Shown: positions 18,490 through 28,300 of the stretch, piece by piece | Layout: each line of letters starts with the position of its first letter | How positions within the stretch are numbered: the first letter of the stretch is position 1 | Source: an uncultured Actinomycetes bacterium | Lineage (GTDB): Bacteria; Actinomycetota; Thermoleophilia; UBA2241 | NCBI GenBank assembly: GCA_963725665.1 | Contig: CAVRZA010000011.1 | Span: forward strand, 1-64,000 | Length of the DNA: 64,000 nt | Direction of reading: 5' to 3' | Program-made: the position numbers and the translations under genes | The notes under the pieces: model-generated | The model's input: only the letters and a program-made list of their open reading frames with translations | What the model was told of the DNA's origin: nothing | Database searches by the model: none

Positions 18490-19785
18490 GTGCTTGAGAC
18501 GAGCAAGGTAGGAGCAGGGACCACGCGCCTTCGGAGACGTGTCGCCGGCCTCGCTGCGTGCGTCGCGGCCGGCCTGGCCGTCGCATTCTCGCCCGTCCCG
18601 TCAGTCCTGGCTGCGGTCGCCGCCGAAGCGCCCTCGCACTTCAGCATCAACCGTCAGGCATCCTTCACCCCCGTGACTCAAGTCGAGGTCGGAGATGGAG
18701 GATGGTCTCCCTTCTTCTCGCCCGCCGTCCTCGTCTGGGACGGCGGCAGCATCATCGGCGGACGGGGAGCGTCGCCGGGCCTCGACCCCGCCTCGCAGAC
18801 GAAGAGGCTCCTGCCCCACCCGTGCCTGAACTACATCTCGTCTTCTTCGGGCGATCTCATAGCCAACATGCTTGCCGAAGCGCCGCTCGAGGTGGATGCG
18901 CGCTACCGCGCCGACGCCGACGCCGACATCTGCCTGGTCATGGCAGGCGGCGGCGACATACTGGCCGGCAATGCCGTGGACGAGATCTTCGCTGATCTCC
19001 AGCGCTACTGCCTCGAGCGCCACGCCACGGGCTTTCGCGTGGTGGTGGTGACTCTGTTGCCGCGCAGCAGACCCGCCAACTTCGAGCAAGACCGGCTCGC
19101 TCTCAACGCACTCGTCAGAGACGATTGGGCGAGCTTCGCGGACGGACTGGTCGACGTCGCGGCCGATGCCCGCATCGGCGACACCATGGACAACCTCGAC
19201 CGCAAGTACTACCAGTCCGACACCATCCATCCCACCGACGCGGGTTACGCCGTGATGGCCGCCGACACGGCCCCGGTCCTCGACACTCTTCAGTGGCACT
19301 CGGACGACTGCGAGATGCGCTTCAGCAACGACGGAGCGGCGTGGACCGACTGGCGCGGGTATGCGGCGAGGACTACCTGGAGCCTGGAGGCGGGCGACGG
19401 CACAAAGACGGTCTACGCGGAGTACAGGGACGGTTCGGGAGCAGCGGTCGCGCTCTCAGACACCATCGGACTCGATACCGTGCACCCCAAGACGTTCGCC
19501 CCCCGCGGGGTGACCGTTCGGCGGGGCCGCACGGCTGCGCTCCCCTACGTCGTCAGGGACGCGCCGCCGTGCGGCCCGACGGCGAACGTCACCGTCCGCG
19601 TCACGACCTTCTCGGGTAAGGTGGTGAAGCAGCTCCTCCGCCCGGGGCAGAAGATCGGCGTGTTGCACAGCGCGGCCTTCCGTTGCTGGCTGGCGAAGGG
19701 CACTTACCGCTTCTCCGTGTACGCGCGCGACACGGCCGGCAACAAGCAGAGCCGTATCGGTGCGCAGCTGCTGACGGTCCAGTGA
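18490..19785 (+). CDS. Secreted SGNH/GDSL-like hydrolase with C-terminal Ig-like domain
   Basis: Signal peptide; DGGSII block I variant, VVVVTLLPR, DTIHPTDAGY block V; C-terminal ..GTYRFSVYARDTAGNKQ module. Confidence 0.75.
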   Translation: MLETSKVGAGTTRLRRRVAGLAACVAAGLAVAFSPVPSVLAAVAAEAPSHFSINRQASFTPVTQVEVGDGGWSPFFSPAVLVWDGGSIIGGRGASPGLDPASQTKRLLPHPCLNYISSSSGDLIANMLAEAPLEVDARYRADADADICLVMAGGGDILAGNAVDEIFADLQRYCLERHATGFRVVVVTLLPRSRPANFEQDRLALNALVRDDWASFADGLVDVAADARIGDTMDNLDRKYYQSDTIHPTDAGYAVMAADTAPVLDTLQWHSDDCEMRFSNDGAAWTDWRGYAARTTWSLEAGDGTKTVYAEYRDGSGAAVALSDTIGLDTVHPKTFAPRGVTVRRGRTAALPYVVRDAPPCGPTANVTVRVTTFSGKVVKQLLRPGQKIGVLHSAAFRCWLAKGTYRFSVYARDTAGNKQSRIGAQLLTVQ

Positions 19786-19825
19786 GACGCCGCTAGGACA
19801 CGCCTCTCCCGCTCGCTGAGATCAG

Positions 19826-20884
19826 TCAGGCCCCAGCGAAATCGCCGCGCAGCTCGGCGGCGAGCTGCTCGGGAGGCACGAAGATCAGCTCGCCGCCGAG
19901 CTGCTTCTGCAGGAAGTAGTCGTCCGTACGGTAGTCGAGCCTGAAGGCCGTGCGCGCTATCACGCGCAGCACGACCGGATGCCCCGCCCCATCGTCCGCC
20001 AGCGGGCCTCCGTAGAGCGTGAAGTTGAACGCCGAGAGGCCTTCGCGCTCGTACCATGCCAGCACCTTCGAGAGGCCGCGCGCCAGCGCCGCGACATGCT
20101 CGTCGCGCAGCGCGGAGACGCGCGGCGCGGCGGGCACGACCGCGATCACCTCGCGACCGCCCGTGGGCGCGTACGGCGTGAGCCAGGTGCAACCGGCGCG
20201 ACTGTCGATGACGCGCTCCCCACGCTCCGTCTCTTCATCGACCAGCACGCTCCAGTACGACGCGCCGTGCTCGCGCAGGAACGCCGCCGAACGTTCCCAG
20301 GCGTTGCGCACGAGCCACGGCACGCCGGGGCCGCCGAACACCTGGAAATGCGGGTGCACCAGGCTGGCGCCGGCGGGCAGCATGTGGTTGCAGCAGAGCT
20401 CGAGGTGCTCCAGGCCCTCGAGGGAGCGCTCGGCGCGGCCGGCGAAGTCGACGGCCGCGCCGAGCCCGTCCTCGAGCAGGTCGGGTGTGAACTCCGACGG
20501 CCGCAGGAAGTGGCGCTCAGGATAGGTGATCACGGCGTGCAGGCCGGCCAGAGGGAAGAGGTTGGGGAACAAGAGCGCCTTGCCACGTTGTAGGCGGCCG
20601 CCGGGCACCATCTCCTGCGGATAGCGTGGCGTCGACGCCAGCACCTTCTCGGGACAGAAGAAGCAGCCCTCGCGCGAGCGCCGCACGAGCTCCTCGCTGT
20701 ACTCCCAGTCGGTCTTGCCGTAGAACATCTCCTCCTTGGTGGCCAGCTCCGACGAGGAGATGGCGGTCATGCCCGTCAGGGGGTCGCGACGCACCTCGAT
20801 CGTCTGCTCCGCGTACTCCATGCCGACAAGAGGGCTGAAGAAGCCGGCCTTCTCCTCGCTGCGCTCGAACTGGATACGTTGCAT
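19826..20884 (-). CDS. Galactose-1-phosphate uridylyltransferase-like (GalT/HIT family) protein
   Basis: EVRRDPLTG, CFFCP, FPNLFP, AGASLVHPHFQ nucleotidylation motif. Confidence 0.8.
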   Translation of the reverse strand: MQRIQFERSEEKAGFFSPLVGMEYAEQTIEVRRDPLTGMTAISSSELATKEEMFYGKTDWEYSEELVRRSREGCFFCPEKVLASTPRYPQEMVPGGRLQRGKALLFPNLFPLAGLHAVITYPERHFLRPSEFTPDLLEDGLGAAVDFAGRAERSLEGLEHLELCCNHMLPAGASLVHPHFQVFGGPGVPWLVRNAWERSAAFLREHGASYWSVLVDEETERGERVIDSRAGCTWLTPYAPTGGREVIAVVPAAPRVSALRDEHVAALARGLSKVLAWYEREGLSAFNFTLYGGPLADDGAGHPVVLRVIARTAFRLDYRTDDYFLQKQLGGELIFVPPEQLAAELRGDFAGA

Positions 20885-21042
20885 GGGCACCCCCGGGGCA
20901 CGATGGTCGGGAGCGATGATAGGTCTGCGCAGAGGGACGGGCAAGAACGTGAACGGTTTGCCCCGCGCCTCTCGCGCCCAATGAGATATGGGGACGCAAA
21001 CGTACCCGACCGCGTGTATCGATCCACAGAAGGAGGACGGCA

Positions 21043-21381
21043 GTGTTCGCTCGCATCGCACGCTTCGAAGGCGGCAGGGGCACCGGCATCGACGCCGAGA
21101 CCAAGGACATGCGCAAGGACATCGAGGCCTTCCGCCGCGGCGAGGAGGGCGCCTCCATGCCCGACTTGAGCCGCCTTGTGAGCAGGCTCGAGATCTTCGC
21201 CGACCGACAGAAGGGCACGGTGGCGGCCATCGTATACTGCGAGACCGAAGAGCAGCTCCGCGAAGCGGACCGCATCATGGACTCCATGTCGCCGCAGAAC
21301 GCCGACTGGGGAAAGCGTGTCTCGGTCGACACCTACGAAGTCCTCCTCGACGAGACCACCGCGGTGCCCCGCGTCGCCTGA
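21043..21381 (+). CDS. Hypothetical ABM-like ferredoxin-fold protein
   Basis: MFARIARFEG...DR.KG...VDTYEV; AAGGAGG SD. Confidence 0.6.
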   Translation: MFARIARFEGGRGTGIDAETKDMRKDIEAFRRGEEGASMPDLSRLVSRLEIFADRQKGTVAAIVYCETEEQLREADRIMDSMSPQNADWGKRVSVDTYEVLLDETTAVPRVA

Positions 21382-21539
21382 GGGAACGACCCGCGGCCGC
21401 CCCCGTTACGGCGCCGTTCGAACGAGGCGACGGGGGCCGCCGCCGCGAGGCGGCCGGCCCCCGTCGCCGCACCTGAGGCCCTGTCAGGGCACGAGAGCAG
21501 CCGTGGCGGCCGTCGCCGACTCGGCGTCCCGCTCGGGAC

Positions 21540-22064
21540 TCATCCCGCCGTCAACGTGGCCTCCCCGGGCAGCCAGTCGACGGGGCAGAGCTCCCCGGTC
21601 TGCAGCGCCTGGAGCGACCTGAGGATCTCATCGGTGCTGCGCCCGATGTTGGTGTCGTGCATCAGGGCGTAGCGGATCGTGCCCTCGGGGTCGATGATGA
21701 AGGTGGCGCGCAACGTGTGGCCGTCGTCCTCCAGGTACACGTCGTAGTCCCTGGCGACCTGGCGCCGCAGGTCCGCCAAGAGCGGGTAGCCGAGCTTCGA
21801 GCCGAAGTCACGCTCGAGCCAGGCGAGGTGGCTCTCCCTGCTATCAGTGCTGCAGGCCAGTACCTGCGCGTCGGCGTCCTCGAACTCCTTGATCTTGGCC
21901 GAGAACCCGCGCAGCTCCGTGGGACACACGAAGGTGAAGTCGAGCGGATAGAAGAAGAGGACCACCCACTTGCCGCGGTAGTCGTCGAGCTTGACGTGCA
22001 CGTACTCGTCGTCGAGGACTCCTTCGAGCTGGAAGTCCGGCGCCTTGCTACCCACCTGAGGCAT
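21540..22064 (-). CDS. ahpC: Typical 2-Cys peroxiredoxin
   Basis: FFYPLDFTFVCPTE and GELCPVDW motifs; GGAGGAG SD. Confidence 0.93.
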   Translation of the reverse strand: MPQVGSKAPDFQLEGVLDDEYVHVKLDDYRGKWVVLFFYPLDFTFVCPTELRGFSAKIKEFEDADAQVLACSTDSRESHLAWLERDFGSKLGYPLLADLRRQVARDYDVYLEDDGHTLRATFIIDPEGTIRYALMHDTNIGRSTDEILRSLQALQTGELCPVDWLPGEATLTAG

Positions 22065-22189
22065 GTGCTCCTCCCTTGGTCGACCTACGGTGAGGATAGC
22101 TACCCCCCAACGGGCCAATCCATGCTTTGTGTGGAGAGACGCTACACTGCTCCTCCAGGAGCGGGCAGATCGAGAGGAAAGGGGTCACC

Positions 22190-23689
22190 GTGAGGCGAGG
22201 GCGCGACGAGCTATTGGGGGTTCCTCCAGTAGGAGCGCGCAGCTACTGGCTCTCCCAGGCCCTGCGCGCCGACGCGGGACAGCCCTGTCCTGCGCTGCGC
22301 GATACGACCGAGGCCGACGTATGCATCGTCGGCGGCGGGTTCGCCGGCCTCTGGACGGCCTATGAGTTGACCGAACGGGAGCCGGCTCTCGACATCGTCC
22401 TGGTGGAAGCAGACGTGTGCGGCGCCGGCGGCAGCGGCGCGAACGGTGGCTTCTTCTCGTGCTCCTGGCACCAGGTGACCTCGCTCTGTCACTTCTTCGG
22501 CGAGAGCGAAGGCGTGCGCTACGCGAGGGCACTCGCCGATCAGGTGGCGGACCTCGGGAAGTGGTGTGCGAAGCACGACGCGCACATCGACTACCACCAC
22601 GAGGGCATCGTGTACGCGCGCGCGGAGGAGTGGCAGCCCGGACCGAGCGCGGAAGGGATGGCGATCATGGCCCGCCGTGGCCTTTCCGACCGCCTGCGCC
22701 CGGCGGACGCCGAGAAGGCGCGGCGAGTCGCAGACTCGCCGCGCCTCCTCGGCGGCGCCTTCACGCCCGATCTGGCCACGGTGCAGCCGGCGAAGCTCGC
22801 CCGCGAGCTGCGGCGCGTACTGCTGGAGCGCGGCGTGCGCATCTTCGAGGGCACGCCGATGCGCCAGGTGCACCCCGAGGCGCGGCCGGTCGTGGAGACT
22901 CCCGGCGGCCGTGTGCGCTCCGAGCAGGTCGTGGTGACGACCGGCGCGTGGGCCGCCGGGATGCCCGAGTACGGCCGCGCCTTCGCCGTGTGCACCGATT
23001 TCATGGTCGTCACCGAGCCCATCCCGGAGCTGGTCGAGAAGATCGGCTGGACGACGCACACCGGCTTGGCCGACTCGCGCGAGATGCTCTACTACCTACG
23101 GCGCACCGACGACGGCCGCATCGCCATCGGCGGCGGCGGCATGGGCGCCGTCTTCGGCGCCCGCATCCGCGGTCGCGCCCTCACCTCGCGCCGTCTGGCC
23201 GAGGCGGCAGCCCACGGCCTTCTGTGGCTCTTCCCGCAGCTAGAGGGAGTGCGCTTCGACGCCGCCTGGAGCGGCCCCATGGACCTCACGCGCGCCGGCG
23301 TGCCGTTCTTCACCACTTGGCCGGGGGGCACGGTGCACACTGGCCTCGGCTTCTCCGGTCACGGGCTCACGCCCACGAGGGTCGGCGGCAAGACGCTGGC
23401 CTCGCTCGTCCTGCGGATCGACGACGAGTGGAGCAGCCTGCCGGTCGTCGGCCCACCCCTCTCGACGGTGCCACCCGAGCCCATCCGCTGGCCGCTCGTT
23501 CAGGCCGTCTCGTGGATCTTCGAGAGCGGTGACCGTGCCCAAGAGCAGGGACGGCCGCGCGGAGCGCTCCGGGCGGCCGCCGGCCGAGCCTTCGACGCCT
23601 ACTGCAGGACGCTCCCCGGGGACGGGCGGCGAGCAGCGGCGAAGGGCAGGTCGAGCGAGTCCCACAGAAGCAAGCTGACGCGCGGCTAG
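22190..23689 (+). CDS. FAD-dependent oxidoreductase, DAO/PuuB-like
   Basis: SYWL, IVGGGFAGLWTA, GGSGANGG, VQPAKLAREL, WSGPMD, GFSGHG, PPEPIRW. Confidence 0.85.
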   Translation: MRRGRDELLGVPPVGARSYWLSQALRADAGQPCPALRDTTEADVCIVGGGFAGLWTAYELTEREPALDIVLVEADVCGAGGSGANGGFFSCSWHQVTSLCHFFGESEGVRYARALADQVADLGKWCAKHDAHIDYHHEGIVYARAEEWQPGPSAEGMAIMARRGLSDRLRPADAEKARRVADSPRLLGGAFTPDLATVQPAKLARELRRVLLERGVRIFEGTPMRQVHPEARPVVETPGGRVRSEQVVVTTGAWAAGMPEYGRAFAVCTDFMVVTEPIPELVEKIGWTTHTGLADSREMLYYLRRTDDGRIAIGGGGMGAVFGARIRGRALTSRRLAEAAAHGLLWLFPQLEGVRFDAAWSGPMDLTRAGVPFFTTWPGGTVHTGLGFSGHGLTPTRVGGKTLASLVLRIDDEWSSLPVVGPPLSTVPPEPIRWPLVQAVSWIFESGDRAQEQGRPRGALRAAAGRAFDAYCRTLPGDGRRAAAKGRSSESHRSKLTRG

Positions 23690-23921
23690 GCGTCTAGAGC
23701 GGAAGCTCTGCGCCCACGTTCGCGGCGACCACACGGGCGAATAGTCGTCGGCGAACGAGGATGTCCGCGGCAGCGCCCCCCATCGGCGCGGCCACTACTC
23801 TCTCTCACGCTGACCTCGGGTGGTTTACGATAGGATATGCACACGAAACCGGGGCGCGCAGACCTAGGTGTCGCGGTGCCTCGTTCACGATCCCATACGG
23901 CCAGGAAAGGGTCAGGCGCGC

Positions 23922-24563
23922 ATGCCAAGCAGGTCTGTGCTCACTTTGCGGGGCGTTCCCTGGGTCGCCGGCAGCCTCCTCCTGGTCCTGGCCGGGGTCA
24001 GTCTGTACTTCTTCACGGGCGCCGCCGCCAGTGAACCCTCGAAAGCGACGGCGCCCACTTCGGGTGACATCACCTACGGGCCCGCCGACGCGGCGCTGTC
24101 GGTCATCGAGTACTCCGACTTCCAGTGCCCGTTCTGCTCCGAGTACGCCCCTATCATGGCGACGCTGCGCGAGAAGTACGGGGATCGGGTCCAGTTCGTC
24201 TTCAGGTTCTTCCCCCTCTCCAACCACGAGTACGGCATGATCTCCGCGCAGGCGGCATACGCAGCCTTCCTGCAAGGCAAGTTCTGGGAGATGCACGATC
24301 TCCTCTTCAACAATCAGAAGGAGTGGTCGGAATCCGCCGACCCTACCCCGTACTTCGATTCCTACGCGAAGAGCCTCAGCCTGGACATCGATCGGTTCCA
24401 CACGGACATGAACGCCCAGACCACGATCGACTTCATCAACGCGCAGAAAGCGGAAGGCGAGCAGGCCGGGGTGACTCACACGCCGTGGTTCGTCGTGGGC
24501 GACTCGGCCGTGCTGCCCCGCAGCCTCGGTGAGTTCGAGAAGCTGATCGAGGCCGGCCTGTGA
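23922..24563 (+). CDS. DsbA-family thiol:disulfide oxidoreductase, N-terminal membrane anchor
   Basis: EYSDFQCPFC, FRFFPL, GKFWEMHD.LF, GV..TP (cis-Pro). Confidence 0.9.
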   Translation: MPSRSVLTLRGVPWVAGSLLLVLAGVSLYFFTGAAASEPSKATAPTSGDITYGPADAALSVIEYSDFQCPFCSEYAPIMATLREKYGDRVQFVFRFFPLSNHEYGMISAQAAYAAFLQGKFWEMHDLLFNNQKEWSESADPTPYFDSYAKSLSLDIDRFHTDMNAQTTIDFINAQKAEGEQAGVTHTPWFVVGDSAVLPRSLGEFEKLIEAGL

Positions 24564-25210
24564 GCCGCCGCCGCACCGCGAAGCGTCGCCCCACCACGAC
24601 CTCACGCGGCACGAATCCGGCCCCGGACCCCAAGCCGGCTGCTGACGCCAGGTCAGCCTCGAACCCCAAGTCGGCCTCGAATCCCGAGTCGGCCTCGAAT
24701 CCCGAGTCGGCCTCAAATCCCAAGTCCGCCTCGGACCGCGATCCGCCCCCCAAGCCACGCCGCTGGGTGCCGTGGTTCATGGCGGGAGCGTCCTACATCG
24801 GGTTCGTCATCTCCCTCTACCTCACGTTCGTGCACTACCGGGGCTACGTCTCGCCCTGTTACGTCGTGCACGGATGCGAGCAGGTGCAGACCAGTCGTTT
24901 CTCCGTGATCATGGGCGTCCCGCTGGCGCTCCTGGGCACCGTCTTCTTCGCCGTCATGTTCTATCTGGCTATCGGCCTGCTGACCAGGTCCAGCGTCACG
25001 CTGGTGCGTGCCTATAAGGTGCTGGCCTACGCCGCGGCGCTGGCGGTGATCCCCTTGTTCCTGATCCAGGCCATCAGCCTCAGAGCATTCTGCTCCTATT
25101 GCGTCGCCACTGAGGCCATCATGCTCTCGATGTGGATAGTGAGCTTCCTGCTGACGTCCTCTGCCGAGAGCGGCGCAGCTCCCGCAGTCAGTGGCCGGTC
25201 TGAGCGCTGA
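24560..25210 (+). CDS. Vitamin K epoxide reductase (VKOR) family protein
   Basis: Loop Cys pair CYVVHGCEQVQTS, GVPLALLG, active-site FCSYC; GTGA overlap with dsbA. Confidence 0.88.
   Translation: MSRRRTAKRRPTTTSRGTNPAPDPKPAADARSASNPKSASNPESASNPESASNPKSASDRDPPPKPRRWVPWFMAGASYIGFVISLYLTFVHYRGYVSPCYVVHGCEQVQTSRFSVIMGVPLALLGTVFFAVMFYLAIGLLTRSSVTLVRAYKVLAYAAALAVIPLFLIQAISLRAFCSYCVATEAIMLSMWIVSFLLTSSAESGAAPAVSGRSER
24653..24733 (+). repeat. In-frame 18-bp tandem repeat (about 4.5 copies; SASNP[KE])
   Basis: tcagcctcgaaccccaag / tcggcctcgaatcccgag x2 / tcggcctcaaatcccaag / tccgcctcg. Confidence 0.9.
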
Positions 25211-25333
25211 GGCACACGCGCCTGCTGCGACCACTCGCAGCTTGGACTGACAACGTCGAACTGACTCTGCCGCCAGACACGGGGCGACCTGTGCTATGGG
25301 CTGCCGCGCAGGGCCAGCCGCCACGGAGACAAA

Positions 25334-25371
25334 GGGAGGGCCGGGCCGCTCGCGAGCGGCCCGGCCCTCCC
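25334..25371 (-). terminator. Terminator hairpin (perfect 38-bp palindrome) after MCO-1, possibly bidirectional
   Basis: GGGAGGGCCGGGCCGCTCG|CGAGCGGCCCGGCCCTCCC followed by TTTG on the minus strand. Confidence 0.8.
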
Positions 25372-25394
25372 GGGTCGTTATGTCAACTCCCTCC

Positions 25395-28300
25395 TTACGG
25401 CAGCGTGCTCACCGTGATGATCGGCGACCACGGCGAGTTGCCCACCCCGTTGACGCCGCGGATGCGGTACTGGTACGCGGTGCCGGGGGTGCGTCCGGTG
25501 TTGCGGTAGCTCGTCACGTTGGCGGCCGTGGTGACCACAGTGGTCCAGGTGGTCAAACCGACACGGTGACGCTGGATCCGGTAGCCGGTCTCGTTCGATG
25601 AGACGTCGTTCCAGGCCAGCGTGATGGAGGTGCGGGTGCGCCCAGTACTGCGGAAGTTGGTGGGCGTTGCCGGAACGGTAGTCACGGTGATCGTGTTCGA
25701 CCAGGCCGAGGCACCGCTCAGGTTGTACGCCTGGACGCGGTAGTAGTAGGTCGCGCCGTGGGGCACCGTGTTCGTGAACGTGGCGACGTTGGCGCCCCGG
25801 GAGAACGTGACGAGGCCGGTCGTGAACGCCGAGTTGGTGGCGCGCTGGAGCGTGAAGCCGGTCTCGTTGGTGGCGTTGTCGGTCCACCTAATGGCGACCG
25901 AATCCGGGCCCGCCGCCGTCCTGGTGATCGTGCGCGCCAGTCCGGAGGGAGCCGCCGGTATGGTCGGCACCGCGACGGTCCCGGAGGTGGCCCACGCCGA
26001 GGAACCGGACAGGTTGAAGGCACTGACCTGGTAGGCGTAGGTGTCGCCCGGGGTCACGACCAAATCGATGAACCCCACCATGTTCGGACCCAGCACGGCG
26101 ATCGTAACGAACGCGGTGCCGTTCACGGAGCGCTGGATCGTGAAGCCGGTCTCGTTGTTCGCGTTGTCAGTCCAGGTGACAGCGATTTGCAGACCGGGCT
26201 GTTGCGTCGCGCCCACGGCCGACGGGGCCGCCGGGATGCTCGGCACGACCACTCGGGCCGGGCCCGCCCACGCCGAGGCCCCGGTCAGGTTGAAGGTACT
26301 CACCTGGTAGTCGTAGGTGTTGCCCGGGGTCACGGTCGTGTCGGTGAACGCGGTCGCGTTGGCCGCCAGCAGCGCGATCGTCGCCCACGCTCCGCCGTTG
26401 TCGGAACGCTGGATCGTGTAGCCGAGCTCGTTGGTTGCTTTGTCGACCCAGGCCAGAGCGACCTGTGGCCCGGCCTGCAGCGTCGCCGTCAGGTTGGTCG
26501 GAGCCGCCGGGATGGGCGCCACGACCACGGTGGCCGTGTTCGACCAAGCCGAGGCTGCAGCACCGTTGTCCGCCCGGACCCGGTAGCCGTAGGTGTTGCC
26601 GGGGGCCGAGGTCGTGTCGGTGTAGGTGACGGGGCCCGTGGGGGACCGGCAGGTTGGCCGGCAGCGTGGTGAGCGTCGCCCAGGCCCCGCCGTTGTCGGC
26701 GCGCTGGACCGTGAAGCCGGTCTCGTCGGTGGCGTTGTCGGTGAAGTTGAGATGGACCTGCGGACTGCCCTGCGCGGCCGTCAGGTTGGTCGGAGCCGCC
26801 GGGACTGGCCCTGTGAACATGGTGGCGGACACCGACTGGACCGTCATGCTCGGGAACTCCGCCCCGTAGCCGACCATGTTCCTCGCCACGACTCGATACC
26901 CGGACACGACGGTCGGGTCGTAGGTCGCAGAATCGGTCAACGTCCGGGATCCGTGGATGTTCGGCTGGTCCAGCGGCGAGTCGCTGGTCGCCAACGTCGA
27001 TCCAGCCGGTGCCGCTGCCAGTCGTTCTCTGCACCAGGAACGACGTCTCGGTGATCGAGTTGTCGTTCCAGGTCAGCTCCAGGTTGTTACTCGCGTTGAC
27101 CGTGAAAGTCAGCCCGTCCGGCTTGATCGGCGGCAGCGCCACCGACACCGGCCGCATCATGTCCATCTCCTCGTGCGACAGGATGTGGCAGTGGTAGACG
27201 TACTCCCAGCCGAAGTTGACCAGCCCGTTGACGATGTTGGCCGTCGGGTTGCCTTGCGGGTCGACGTTGTTGAACCCGGTCGTCGCGTCGCTGGGCATCA
27301 TCGGGCTCAGGTTGCGGATCGAGTTCGGCAACTCCAACGGGACCTGCGGGATGACGGGCCGGACGGCCACGATCGTGTCCTCCAGCGGGCTCACCCTGAC
27401 GGTCTCCTTCCAACCCAGCTCGTTCGGGTCGGGCGGGATGATGATGTTGTCCCACGTGACCCGGTTGATGACCTGCACGTTCCACAGGTGCCAATGGATC
27501 GGGTGCGTATCCACCCCGTTGTGCGTGATCTTCCAGATCTGCGTTCCATCGGCCGCCGACGAGATCGGCGTGACCTTCACGTCGCCCGCCGGCAGGTTCG
27601 TCCCGTCGATGAGCTCTGTGGAGGGGTTCACGTACGGGTACAGGATGATGTTCTGGAGCAGCGGGTCCGCATTCGGAGCTTCGAGGCCGAGGTTGGCCTG
27701 CATCCTTCCGTACTCATCGAACGAGGTGGAGTTCATCTCGTCGTGGAGGCCCTTCGGCTGGAATGGGATCTGTAGCTTCCCCGTCCCAGGCGCGTAGGCC
27801 GACCTCAATCCGTTGAAGCCGAACAGGTCGGTCGGGTGGTTGCCTTCCGCGATCCTCGCGTAACCGTCACAGCGGTTCGCTGCGGTCCCCGTCACGCCGG
27901 GGGCGTTGCACCAGCCCTGGGCAACGAAGTTCGTGCCGTACGCGCTGTTGTACGCGGCCTGCCCGACGATGGTCGGATCGGACCCGGACTCAAAGACGCC
28001 CGAGCCGTCCGCGTGATGGCGGAACGCGGCGTTCAGCGTCGCCATGTTGAACGACACTGCGCCGGCGTTCGAGACTTGGACCTTCATGATGGTCCGCGTG
28101 TTCGGGCCGTACCCAGGTAGGGTGCTCGGCGCACCGACCGGGCTAAGGTCCGGGTCCCCCGTGTAGTAATCGTACGATGCGACCCTCGCCGGGAACGCCG
28201 CCGGAGCGTCGTTGTAGAGGATCAGCGTCTTGCCCGCGAACTGCGAGAAGTCGACGATCACGTCGGCCCTTTCAGCGGGCGCGAGCAAGAGCGCGTGCTT

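Noticed and set aside
24653-24733. CRISPR-like short repeats
   Set aside because: Contiguous in-frame 18-bp units with no spacers and no cas operon
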